Positions 41,693-50,482 of a DNA stretch of 64,000 nt are shown piece after piece. Source of the stretch: Acutalibacteraceae bacterium (GTDB lineage Bacteria > Bacillota > Clostridia > Oscillospirales > Acutalibacteraceae). A model generated the notes under the pieces. That model had not been told where the DNA came from and did not search any database. It was given only the letters and a program-made list of their open reading frames with translations. Where the stretch lies: contig JAZSCV010000005.1 in NCBI GenBank assembly GCA_045530855.1, forward strand, positions 3,087 through 67,086. The letters run 5' to 3'. Every line of letters begins with the position of its first letter. The first letter of the stretch is position 1. A program made the translations under genes and the position numbers.

Positions 41693-42003
41693 TAAATACG
41701 ATGTGACTCTTCCGAAACCAATTCTTCTATGAGCTGGTGATATTTAAGCTTGATCTCACCATTACCGCCCAGATTCACATATTTATCGCCGGCTTTAACT
41801 CTTTCGCTCAAAGGCATATATGGTGACATTATTTTCAACTGCATAATAGACATATAATTATCAAAAGAATGTTCACTTTGCTGATCTACCCATTTCTCCC
41901 ATTTGCGTATAAATTTGTATATTTTAACTGCCGTTGCAATAATAATTCCCAAAGCAGTAAACAAAGAGGAAATTAAAATTATTTTTTCAATATATCCGAG
42001 CAA
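41692..42003 (-). CDS. Small membrane protein of the lysis cassette (holin/antiholin-like)
   Basis: 103 aa with an N-terminal TM helix. Positioned between the tail fibre and the holin. Confidence 0.45.
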   Translation of the reverse strand: MLGYIEKIILISSLFTALGIIIATAVKIYKFIRKWEKWVDQQSEHSFDNYMSIMQLKIMSPYMPLSERVKAGDKYVNLGGNGEIKLKYHQLIEELVSEESHRI

Positions 42004-42015
42004 AAATCCACCGCC

Positions 42016-44121
42016 TTAACCTATTATTGCTTTTTGTGGCTCGAAATAGAGCGTGCCCTTGAAGGTGTCAAACCATTTACTGACTACCATTGCAATTCGT
42101 TTTACACCCTCTTTATTAGGGTGAATACCATCTGTTGAGAAAGCACCATCGGTATCGTTAAAATTATACGAATTAAAACCACACTCATTAAGGTCAACAA
42201 AAGGCAACCCGAAATATTCGGCAATTTCCTTTGTTGCAACTGCATACTCTTTGAGCTGATGTAATTCCTCAGGATCAGGCGCATAGTTACCCATAGCATT
42301 AAGGAACATTCCCAACAACACGATTACTGTATCAGGCTTTGCAGTTAAAATCTTATCAATTATGTAAGCATAAGCACCTTTAAAGGTTTCAATGTTTTTA
42401 TTAATGATATCCTCGTCTGTACCTATAGGGATACTGAATATGTAGTCATTTGCACCGCCAAGTATTGTAACAATATCAGGCGATTCTGCAACAAGTGCAT
42501 TTAATCTGTCATCGTTACAAAATGCCTTTTCTGTATTACTTGATTTATAGGCAACGGTGCTGTAGCCTACACCCATTTTGATGTGTGTACCTATATCATA
42601 CCTTTCGGTAATGTAATCCTGCCAAAGCTTTTCTCCATTTACAAAATCAACACCAACGCCGAAAGTGATACTGTCTCCATAGGAAACCCATTTAATATCA
42701 CGCAGGCTTCGGTCAACAACACCGATATCCTTAAATGTCAGAGAGTGTTTGCCGTCAAATGTTCCGTTACCGATTTCAACGGCTTTCTCAATAAACCGAG
42801 ATTTGTTTTTACCAAGCTGAAATCTGCCACCAACATTCACTTCGTTAATTGCAACATATTTATCATTTGTTGTTGGTTTAAAAACATATTTGTCCTTATT
42901 AAAATCCGAACCATACACTATTGAGTTAACCTTGAAATCTTCGTCGACAAACAACAACATATCTGTCTCATCATAGGCATAATAAAGCTCGGGAATTGAC
43001 ACCACATACTCAACATTTGCCTGCAGAGGATATATACCATTCGCCCAGGCATTATTGTTTCTGTTTACGGCGACTAAATTACCATCCGTGTCCGCTTCGT
43101 ACTTTAATATTTGATTACTGTTAAGCTGTGCAGATGTAAATTTACTTGCATTAGGAATTGACTTATCACTTGTTTCTAAAATTCTTTCGCTTACAAGTGT
43201 TACGCAAGGTGCATCTGCCCCTCTTTCTGTGTTCAGTACCACATACTTTGCATTTTCAGGCATAGGGAATATGCCACCTAACACCTGTGGTGCAGACGAA
43301 GCACCAAAGTTTTTTATAGAAACAAAATTTTGGTCTAATATACAAATCATTGAGCCTGATACAGCAGTTGTAATTGTATAGCCCGAAATCTGCAATCTGT
43401 CACTGGGGTTAACCTCGAAGAAATAACAATCAAGAGTATCAACATTGGACATAAGACCCGATGTATCCTTGTTATACCATACACCAATTTTATGTGCAGG
43501 TAAAACAGTAGGCAAAGTAAGAGTAGAATCCTCTTGTGCAATGGTATTAAGAAGGTTTGTATATTTCGTTTTCGGTACTTCACTTCGTTTAGCCTCGTTT
43601 GCTTTAAATTCAGCATTTCTTGCAAACTCACTTGATTCAAAGGTTCTTGCTCTGTAGGCTTCGTTCTGATTAAAGGTCTTTACCCTTTCAGATTCCGATA
43701 ACTGCCTATAGGCTTCGGCTTCACTTACAGAGGTTTCCAACTCAGTATAACAATCTGCTATCATTTTGCAATATTGCTCATATTGAGATATATCATACAC
43801 TGCCGCATCATTAATTTCCTCAGAATACGAACCATCAGAAACAAAAAAAGCTGTTGGTTTCGGGGAATACATAAGCTCTATGCCATCGTCATTTTCTTTA
43901 TATGCGTACACACCTAATGTTGCTGTTCCCTTTTTCAGAGTGGGAATTACACATTGGTTATTCACTAATGGTACAGGAATATTATTAAATGAAGCTGTAA
44001 CAGTTAAATTTTTAAAACAATCGGGCAAATTAAATTTACATTTATTAACACTTACTTCACCCTCGTTTACAACTGAAGTTTCTGTTATAACAATTTTCTC
44101 TTTTGTAACTTCAACAACCAT
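42016..44121 (-). CDS. Tail fibre/receptor-binding protein with C-terminal SGNH/GDSL hydrolase domain
   Basis: 701 aa. GDSL block I WVSYGDSITFG, block III-like GGAND, block V DGIHPN. Confidence 0.7.
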   Translation of the reverse strand: MVVEVTKEKIVITETSVVNEGEVSVNKCKFNLPDCFKNLTVTASFNNIPVPLVNNQCVIPTLKKGTATLGVYAYKENDDGIELMYSPKPTAFFVSDGSYSEEINDAAVYDISQYEQYCKMIADCYTELETSVSEAEAYRQLSESERVKTFNQNEAYRARTFESSEFARNAEFKANEAKRSEVPKTKYTNLLNTIAQEDSTLTLPTVLPAHKIGVWYNKDTSGLMSNVDTLDCYFFEVNPSDRLQISGYTITTAVSGSMICILDQNFVSIKNFGASSAPQVLGGIFPMPENAKYVVLNTERGADAPCVTLVSERILETSDKSIPNASKFTSAQLNSNQILKYEADTDGNLVAVNRNNNAWANGIYPLQANVEYVVSIPELYYAYDETDMLLFVDEDFKVNSIVYGSDFNKDKYVFKPTTNDKYVAINEVNVGGRFQLGKNKSRFIEKAVEIGNGTFDGKHSLTFKDIGVVDRSLRDIKWVSYGDSITFGVGVDFVNGEKLWQDYITERYDIGTHIKMGVGYSTVAYKSSNTEKAFCNDDRLNALVAESPDIVTILGGANDYIFSIPIGTDEDIINKNIETFKGAYAYIIDKILTAKPDTVIVLLGMFLNAMGNYAPDPEELHQLKEYAVATKEIAEYFGLPFVDLNECGFNSYNFNDTDGAFSTDGIHPNKEGVKRIAMVVSKWFDTFKGTLYFEPQKAIIG

Positions 44122-44132
44122 AAGCTTCTCCT

Positions 44133-45464
44133 TTATCCATATTTTTTATACATAGCTTCAAGATATAGTTTGTAATCACCTTTATACAAATTCTTATAAA
44201 CACTACTTGATGCAAATTCGTTTTCCGTCAAAATTGTAGCAACACCTGTTCTTTGATAAAATTCTTTATAGGTTACCGGCGGTGAAACAGTTGTTTTATT
44301 TTCAGATGATGACTTAGAACTGCCCGATGAACTCGATGAGCTTGATTTTTGACTGCTTGAATTAGCTTTCTGAACGGATAAATTATATTTTCTATCCTGA
44401 TTTGCCTGATCCCTTAATGCTTCTTGTTTACGGAATTCAAGTTGACGATCAAACTCCTCTCTATCTAACACATCCTTCTGCTTATTGAAATCAAGCTGAC
44501 GGTTGAATTCATCTCTGTCCAGCATATCCTGTCGTTCTTTAAATGCAAAATCCCTATCACTTTCCCAGCTTTCTAGATCTTTAGCAAATAGTTCAAATTC
44601 TCTGTCAGACATAGAAGCAATTTTTTTCAAAAGATAGTCGCCATCCTTATAATACTGCTGTACTAAATCTATATATTTTCCATAATCATCACCATCAAGA
44701 GAACGAAGAAGCTGAGCATCATCAAAAAGCTTTTCACCATTATATTTATATTCTTCAAATGCTCTGTCCCTTAAATCCATTGCTATGTCATTCAGCTGTT
44801 CAAGGCTTTGCTGATACGCCTGACTACCTGCCACAGTAGCATATGAGTTACCATATCCCCCTGTCAAAGCGGCGGATTCACCAATAGTATCCATCATAGC
44901 CTTTTTGCCATTAAGTGTATACATCTCCCTGTACTGTTCATACATAGGGTCAGACGACATACTGTAATCAAATTCTCCTCTGTTAAGAATCTCATTAAGT
45001 ACACTATCTATTTCATCCGAGTATCTACTTTTGTATTCCTCAGGCTTCTGATTTTCCCAATTTTCAAGATTTTCTTCAGATGCAAGAAGCTCCTTGCTTT
45101 TTTGATATGTAGGCTTTGACGCTAAATTATAATTTTCACTTTTATTTTCCTGTACAGGCGAAGTACTTGTTGATGGCTTTTGAGTAGTAGTACCGGACTT
45201 CAACGGCGGTGTGCCTATTGATGGCTTTGGATTAGTGGCTCCGGATTTTACCGGCGGTGTACCTATTGATGTTTTTTGAGTAGTAGTAACGGATTTCACC
45301 GGTGGTGTGCCTATTGACTGTTTTGGGGTTACAGAACTATTGGCGTTTGTGCCTGACTTCCCTGATTTCACCCTCCCTAACAATTCTTCTTGCTGTTTTT
45401 TTGTTTTTTTATCTTCCTTGGATAAACCGTAAGAAGTAGTTTTTTTCGAAGATATCTTAATCAC
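44133..45464 (-). CDS. Virion-associated protein with Pro-rich and charged repeats
   Basis: 443 aa. Three 16-aa repeats (SIGTPPVKS...), a DREEF(N/D)RQL(D/E)F repeat and a poly-Ser tract. The GTG start abuts GAAAGG, so the start is uncertain. Confidence 0.55.
   Translation of the reverse strand: MIKISSKKTTSYGLSKEDKKTKKQQEELLGRVKSGKSGTNANSSVTPKQSIGTPPVKSVTTTQKTSIGTPPVKSGATNPKPSIGTPPLKSGTTTQKPSTSTSPVQENKSENYNLASKPTYQKSKELLASEENLENWENQKPEEYKSRYSDEIDSVLNEILNRGEFDYSMSSDPMYEQYREMYTLNGKKAMMDTIGESAALTGGYGNSYATVAGSQAYQQSLEQLNDIAMDLRDRAFEEYKYNGEKLFDDAQLLRSLDGDDYGKYIDLVQQYYKDGDYLLKKIASMSDREFELFAKDLESWESDRDFAFKERQDMLDRDEFNRQLDFNKQKDVLDREEFDRQLEFRKQEALRDQANQDRKYNLSVQKANSSSQKSSSSSSSGSSKSSSENKTTVSPPVTYKEFYQRTGVATILTENEFASSSVYKNLYKGDYKLYLEAMYKKYG
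45174..45326 (-). repeat. In-frame 48-nt tandem repeat (x3) inside the 443-aa virion protein gene
   Basis: Encodes (K/T)xSIGTPP(V/L)KS(V/G)xT... three times. Confidence 0.75.
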
Positions 45465-45535
45465 CCTTTCTGAAATATTGGATTTTAATCACAGTATTTT
45501 CAGCATATAAAAAATCATCTGTTTGCGTAACAAGC

Positions 45536-45682
45536 TCACATTGAGTTTTGGGTTTTATTACCCAATGCAACAGACAGCGATTCGTTAAGCTCGCGCAAAT
45601 AATTTTCAAGAAAAACAAATTTTTCTTCAGAAGAAAATTTATCAGAACTCAAATTAGGTATTGCAACATTAAGGTCATACAT
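45536..45682 (-). CDS. Small ORF (48 aa) translationally coupled to the 587-aa gene
   Basis: Not in the track (<60 aa). ATG at 45682 overlaps the upstream stop (gaATGTATGAcc). Sequence MYDLNVAIPNLSSDKFSSEEKFVFLENYLRELNESLSVALGNKTQNSM. Confidence 0.35.
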   Translation of the reverse strand: MYDLNVAIPNLSSDKFSSEEKFVFLENYLRELNESLSVALGNKTQNSM

Positions 45683-47438
45683 TCAAATCACTTCCTGCTT
45701 CTGTTTTTCGTGAAATATTTATAATTTTCACATTACCTGTGCCTGTTATTTTCATACGCAGATGATCACAACGCGGAGTTATAAAAGGCAACACGAGAGA
45801 GCCTGTGTGCGAAACCTTAACAGACATTTGCTCAATCCATTTACCATCACTATTAAATTGAAATAAAACCTTTAGTGTTGCGCCCTTTTCTCCAATAGCT
45901 TTAATTATTACACTTGAATAATACTTATTTTCCGGCAACTCAAGTCCCCACAAGCCACTTTCAACGCACCACTCCACATTCTCCTCAATACGATAGCTTG
46001 TAAGCTGTCCGTTAAATTCACCATATTTATTTTCGCCATCAATAATACCAAGTCTGTGTGTATTCCTTTCATTGGCAATAAAATACAGATTCAGATTGTT
46101 TTCAGCAAACTCGAACACATCAAAAATACCTTCCCTATGCCACAACGACTTATCCTCGTCGTACACAAAAAGCTCTCGCTCATTTCGGGGATTTGTCATA
46201 CAAATGTAATATTTGTTTTTTAACACACCTGCTACTGCATCACGGTAGTGAATTCGCCCTAAAGCTGATGATATTTCCACAGGTATACCGCCATTGTATG
46301 TGCATACCCCTGTAGGTGACTTGTAGTAAAGTGTATCATTAAGGCAACACAGGGACTTACTGCTACCATTCTGAACACCCCTTATATATGATGTTGTGAT
46401 TGTGTAAGGCGGATTCTGACCATATATTTTATGAACACAATTTTCTTTAAAAAACAGCACATAACCTCTGTAACCTATTACTCCTGTGAATGGTCCATCA
46501 CTACCAACCGATGCACCATAACTATCTGTCGAAACACCCATGTATGAATAAAAATTTGTTGGATCACCTAACTTAGATGCAAAAATTTCGTTGGTTTTTG
46601 ATGAACAACCCCATATTCTGTTACCACTTTCGCACACAAAATCCATATCCGGGATTTTTCTTTTAACAGAAACTTCTCCCTCTATCGTTACATTTTGGTC
46701 AATCATTCCCGGAACAACTATGTAATCCTCTGATTTGTCATATATTATGGATGAACCATTCAAACCGATTTTTTCAAAACCTTTAAGAAAAACAGAATCA
46801 TATTTATTGAATTTCGAGCCTATTCCGGAACTGGATATACGAACAAAATTATTTATTATTTCCACCCAGGTTTTAGTATCTGAGGAATATTGTTTAAGAG
46901 TATGAGGCACTGAGGATGTATCCACCCACAAATCACCATGCTCAGGCACCTCCGGTGGTTTTTTATTAACTGTATAATTCTCATACAAATCACCATCACC
47001 ACGGCAAAGGGTACATTCAGCCTTTTCACTCCAGAAGAAAGCATCCAATTGACCATAATCATTAAAATCCGCTGTATTTATATATACCTTATCAGGAAAC
47101 ACAACAAGTTTTGTACCCATTGAAACAAAGCTTCTGTTTTTAACATCACTCGGGAAATAAAGATCAGTCACAGGACCTCCGTCATAATAAAGTGTACCGT
47201 TGTTTATGTAACAGATTTTTGTTTTCGAATGCAAATCACACAGCATTTTTCCTGTTACATTAAAATAACCTCTCTTTTTTCGTGGTGCCATAACAGGATA
47301 ATGATCTGAACTCATATTTTCTTCGTAATGCATTGCATTCTCATCAATAATAAGATTGTTTTCGTACCCGCTGAAATAAGAAACAAGTTTACGACTTTTT
47401 TCCGTGTTATAAAGGATCGGCTTATACATATAAATCAT
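45675..47438 (-). CDS. Large virion structural protein (tail/nozzle-like)
   Basis: 587 aa. Positioned between the connector-like gene and the tail fibre module. No motif recognised. Confidence 0.5.
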   Translation of the reverse strand: MIYMYKPILYNTEKSRKLVSYFSGYENNLIIDENAMHYEENMSSDHYPVMAPRKKRGYFNVTGKMLCDLHSKTKICYINNGTLYYDGGPVTDLYFPSDVKNRSFVSMGTKLVVFPDKVYINTADFNDYGQLDAFFWSEKAECTLCRGDGDLYENYTVNKKPPEVPEHGDLWVDTSSVPHTLKQYSSDTKTWVEIINNFVRISSSGIGSKFNKYDSVFLKGFEKIGLNGSSIIYDKSEDYIVVPGMIDQNVTIEGEVSVKRKIPDMDFVCESGNRIWGCSSKTNEIFASKLGDPTNFYSYMGVSTDSYGASVGSDGPFTGVIGYRGYVLFFKENCVHKIYGQNPPYTITTSYIRGVQNGSSKSLCCLNDTLYYKSPTGVCTYNGGIPVEISSALGRIHYRDAVAGVLKNKYYICMTNPRNERELFVYDEDKSLWHREGIFDVFEFAENNLNLYFIANERNTHRLGIIDGENKYGEFNGQLTSYRIEENVEWCVESGLWGLELPENKYYSSVIIKAIGEKGATLKVLFQFNSDGKWIEQMSVKVSHTGSLVLPFITPRCDHLRMKITGTGNVKIINISRKTEAGSDLNV

Positions 47439-47799
47439 CCACCTTTATTTTTGTTTTTTTCGCAACCTTGGTTTTGCGATTTATAGCATCACCCATTTCT
47501 TTATAAATGCGATTAAATAGGGTGGCAGAATTGTTGTATCTGGTTATTTCACCATTAAAGTAATCAAGCTTCATATTCATATAGTATGAATATATCTCAG
47601 AAAACTCCGATGGAGCTTTGAGATTTGTTTCGTGTGGTGTAGTTGTTGTATATCCCTCAAATTTCTCACCATTGCGTATTTCAAGGTATTCTGAGCTTAT
47701 CTTTTTATCAAGCTCAGAAATCCATTGAATCTTCTGCTCCATAGAAATACTGTTACTACGGTGAACATCAAAGCTCTCTATTGCTTTTATTAATGTCAT
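47422..47799 (-). CDS. Putative head-tail connector/adaptor protein
   Basis: 125 aa. Call rests on position only; overlaps the downstream gene by 17 nt. Confidence 0.4.
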   Translation of the reverse strand: MTLIKAIESFDVHRSNSISMEQKIQWISELDKKISSEYLEIRNGEKFEGYTTTTPHETNLKAPSEFSEIYSYYMNMKLDYFNGEITRYNNSATLFNRIYKEMGDAINRKTKVAKKTKIKVDDLYV

Positions 47800-47810
47800 A
47801 TAACTCCCCC

Positions 47811-48038
47811 TTAAAGAGAGATATTCGCATCAATATACTCTGCAGAAACAGCTGCCATTTCTTCACTATTTCTGATAACCTCTGCAAATTTTTCAGGAAT
47901 TTCCACATTTTTACCTGTCTGAACAAGAATTCTTTCACCGTTCACAGCAATAAATCTTTCTGTATCGTTCCTTGACTGCCTTGGAATGAAAACGTTTACA
48001 AGCTTTTCTTTTGTCTGATTAGTTTTATTATTTGCCAT
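47811..48038 (-). CDS. Small head-associated protein
   Basis: I prefer the ATG at 48038 (MANNKTNQ..., RBS AAAGGAGA 6 nt upstream) over the track's TTG at 48056. Confidence 0.45.
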   Translation of the reverse strand: MANNKTNQTKEKLVNVFIPRQSRNDTERFIAVNGERILVQTGKNVEIPEKFAEVIRNSEEMAAVSAEYIDANISL

Positions 48039-48059
48039 TTTTATTCTCCTTTTCAATTC

Positions 48060-48085
48060 CGGTAGAGTGGTTTCCCACTCTACCG
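48060..48085. other. Perfect 11-bp stem hairpin in the capsid-downstream intergenic region
   Basis: cggtagagtgg-tttc-ccactctaccg. The T-rich tail (ttttgcttt) is on the plus strand only, antisense to the structural operon. Confidence 0.6.
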
Positions 48086-48108
48086 TTTTGCTTTAATATT
48101 TGTTTTGA

Positions 48109-48154
48109 GCTGTATGAGATACTGCGAGCGAGATAAAACAAGTTATCCGCCCAA
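48109..48154. repeat. 46-bp direct repeat, copy A
   Basis: gctgtatgagatactgcgagcgagataaaacaagttatccgcccaa. Confidence 0.9.
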
Positions 48155-48213
48155 CTTACCACTCAGTAAGCTAACTGAATATTGGGATGAAGAACGCCGT
48201 TTTATTGAGCGAC

Positions 48214-48259
48214 GCTGTATGAGATACTGCGAGCGAGATAAAACAAGTTATTCGCCCAA
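48214..48259. repeat. 46-bp direct repeat, copy B (1 mismatch, 105-bp period)
   Basis: gctgtatgagatactgcgagcgagataaaacaagttattcgcccaa. Ends 3 nt before the capsid stop codon. Confidence 0.9.
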
Positions 48260-48262
48260 TAT

Positions 48263-49288
48263 TCAGTTAGATTTAGCTGTGGAGCTGAAAGCTGAGCCTG
48301 ACTCAATTCTAATCATATATTCTTCAACGAGTCTTTTCGCAGTTTTAAGTCCCTTCCAACCAACAGATGAACGCTGATTAAGCGGGTCGTTGCCGTAGCC
48401 CTTCTGCTTTACAATGTGCTCAATACCGCCGCCGTTTACACTTGTAACACCATAGGCATCGGCACCAATAACAAGGGTTGCAAATACAGCACAATTGTCT
48501 GCACCTGCATTCCAAATTTTTGCTTCCGTGCTTTCAACAAAGCGAACACCGCCAAGGCAACCGATTTCACCTGTAAGCATATTTTCAGGAGTTGCGTACT
48601 TCTGGACCTCCATCCACTGATTACCTGCCTCCTGCATAAGGTCGTAGGCAACATACGGATGAATAATACCCACATAGTAGCCATCGATTTTAGGGGCATT
48701 CATAGCCTTAAGCTCTGCGGCAGCCTTGAAAACATCCTTAACACGGAGAAGTGATGTTTTATCAATAGCACTTCTTGAGGTAACCTCTGTTTCTGTGCCA
48801 TCTGCTGCTACCTTAGGGCAGTAAAGAACATTAGTACCACCAACAATTTCATTTCTTACAATTGTATCCATTGTAAGACCTGCCTGTGCAGAAAGCTGCT
48901 TTGTAGCTTCAACAATTGTGTTATCAACTGCAGTAAGCTCAAGAAGGTCTGTCTGTTCAATGTAATCACCATACTGTTCAACAGATGCGGTAATTGCTGT
49001 TACATTAAGCTTATTTCCTGATGGTGTTACACCTTCTGTAAGTGGTGTAAGCGCCTTAGGAAGTGATGAAAACTTTCTGAATTCGATAATCTTACCACCA
49101 TTTTTAGGAATATCGCGCTTCTGACCAAACTGATCGTGCACAAGATATGGTGATGCAAGAGTAATAAGTGTTTTATCATAAAAGGTTTTCATTTCTGCAC
49201 TAAGATTATTACCTGATGCGTTTGATGTTGTTGCGTTTACTGTGTCACCTGCTGCAAAAAGCTGAAGATTTAAAATATAATCTGTCAT
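48263..49288 (-). CDS. Major capsid protein (HK97-fold, N4-gp56-like family) with Prp-type N-terminal propeptide
   Basis: 341 aa. N-terminus MTDYILNLQLF|AAGD. Follows the scaffold gene. Confidence 0.75.
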   Translation of the reverse strand: MTDYILNLQLFAAGDTVNATTSNASGNNLSAEMKTFYDKTLITLASPYLVHDQFGQKRDIPKNGGKIIEFRKFSSLPKALTPLTEGVTPSGNKLNVTAITASVEQYGDYIEQTDLLELTAVDNTIVEATKQLSAQAGLTMDTIVRNEIVGGTNVLYCPKVAADGTETEVTSRSAIDKTSLLRVKDVFKAAAELKAMNAPKIDGYYVGIIHPYVAYDLMQEAGNQWMEVQKYATPENMLTGEIGCLGGVRFVESTEAKIWNAGADNCAVFATLVIGADAYGVTSVNGGGIEHIVKQKGYGNDPLNQRSSVGWKGLKTAKRLVEEYMIRIESGSAFSSTAKSN

Positions 49289-49309
49289 ATTTTCTCCTTT
49301 CAGATGGTG

Positions 49310-50065
49310 TCAGAATTTTATGCTGGCACCATTTTCGACCTGTTTAAGTATTTTTAAAATATCCTGTGAGGTCAGGGAATTGACATCGACTGAAGTAACA
49401 ATTGCACTTTCGGAAGAAATACCATTTTCCATAGGACGCATACCTTTAGCTTCAATATTCTGTACCATTTGCTGACGCACCGCATCTGCAGTAAAGTGCA
49501 TAGCATCAGAAATAATTTCATCTTTATGCACCATATCGTACGCAGTTTTCACCGGTACACCGCTTAAAAGAAGTCGAGAAAACAGCTTGTTGCCTCTGAT
49601 TTCATTTCGTAAGTTAAAATCAGGAATTATAGCTTTAAGTTCTTCACTTTCTTTAAGCCATGACCCGATTTTATTTCTTAATGCTTCTGAGTTTAAAATG
49701 CTATTTCTTTTGTCTGCCTCATATTTTTGCTGTCTTTCAGTTTCCATAACATCAACAAGCTTTTCTTCCTCGCCCATATCAAGCCCGTATTTACCCATAA
49801 GCCTTTCAACAATCGGGGAAACCTTGCTTTTATAGGCTTCAAGCTCCTTTGTCTCTTTAAATCGTTTATCAATAATTGCCTGTGTTTTCCTGGTAAAATC
49901 CTCTTTAAACCTACCATTTATTAGGTCATCAAATTCATTATCACCATTATAGGTATTGTTTTGCCCGGCGGCGGCAATCTCGACGCCCGTTTCTCCACCT
50001 GCAGACTCTGCTCCCTCACCTGAGAAAAGCTGTAGGTTAAGAGCATACCAAAATAATCTTTTCAT
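49310..50065 (-). CDS. Scaffolding protein with Prp-type N-terminal propeptide
   Basis: I prefer the ATG at 50065 (MKRLFWYALNLQLF|SGEG, RBS GAAAGGA). Helical and charge-rich. Positioned between Prp and capsid. Confidence 0.65.
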   Translation of the reverse strand: MKRLFWYALNLQLFSGEGAESAGGETGVEIAAAGQNNTYNGDNEFDDLINGRFKEDFTRKTQAIIDKRFKETKELEAYKSKVSPIVERLMGKYGLDMGEEEKLVDVMETERQQKYEADKRNSILNSEALRNKIGSWLKESEELKAIIPDFNLRNEIRGNKLFSRLLLSGVPVKTAYDMVHKDEIISDAMHFTADAVRQQMVQNIEAKGMRPMENGISSESAIVTSVDVNSLTSQDILKILKQVENGASIKF

Positions 50066-50161
50066 AAAAAATCCTTTCTTTGTTGCAACATTCATCGTCT
50101 TTCCGAAGTGTCATGATATATATTAAAAACCGTTTGGCCATAACGGTTTTTCACACAAGAA

Positions 50162-50482
50162 TCAGTTAAATCTCACATACTTAGGGTAACTATCCTCAAG
50201 CATCAATAAACCCTTGATGCAGGTATCAAAAATACCCTGCACCCGATTTTTTGAAAAATCGAAATATTCTATTTCGAGATGCATATAACCATCTCTTACG
50301 ATGTTTCTGATAAGCTTCACATTACCCGAAGCCTCCTCATCCAGCATACAATTCAACAAAGTGTATGCCAGGGTGGATATGCCTGCACAAACAATATCAG
50401 AACCGCTTTGTGCATATGTGCTATGTCCTTCTATAGTGACAAAAAGCTTATCATAATATTCTCTGTAATAAACAGTTGTCAC
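50162..50482 (-). CDS. prp: Prp-like (DUF464) cysteine protease
   Basis: 106 aa. IEGHSTYAQSGSDIVCAGISTLAY carries the conserved His...Cys dyad context (GH...DIVCA.(V/I)S). Confidence 0.75.
   Translation of the reverse strand: MTTVYYREYYDKLFVTIEGHSTYAQSGSDIVCAGISTLAYTLLNCMLDEEASGNVKLIRNIVRDGYMHLEIEYFDFSKNRVQGIFDTCIKGLLMLEDSYPKYVRFN

Noticed and set aside
42016-45464. Considered a diversity-generating retroelement or retron targeting the tail-fibre genes.
   Set aside because: There is no reverse transcriptase gene and no template/variable repeat pair with adenine-specific mismatches. The only repeats are in-frame tandem coding repeats.
48105-48377. Track ORF of 90 aa on the plus strand with an internal peptide repeat CMRYCERDKTSY.
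   Set aside because: The peptide repeat is simply the 46-bp DNA direct repeat read twice. The ORF has no RBS and runs antisense into the capsid gene.
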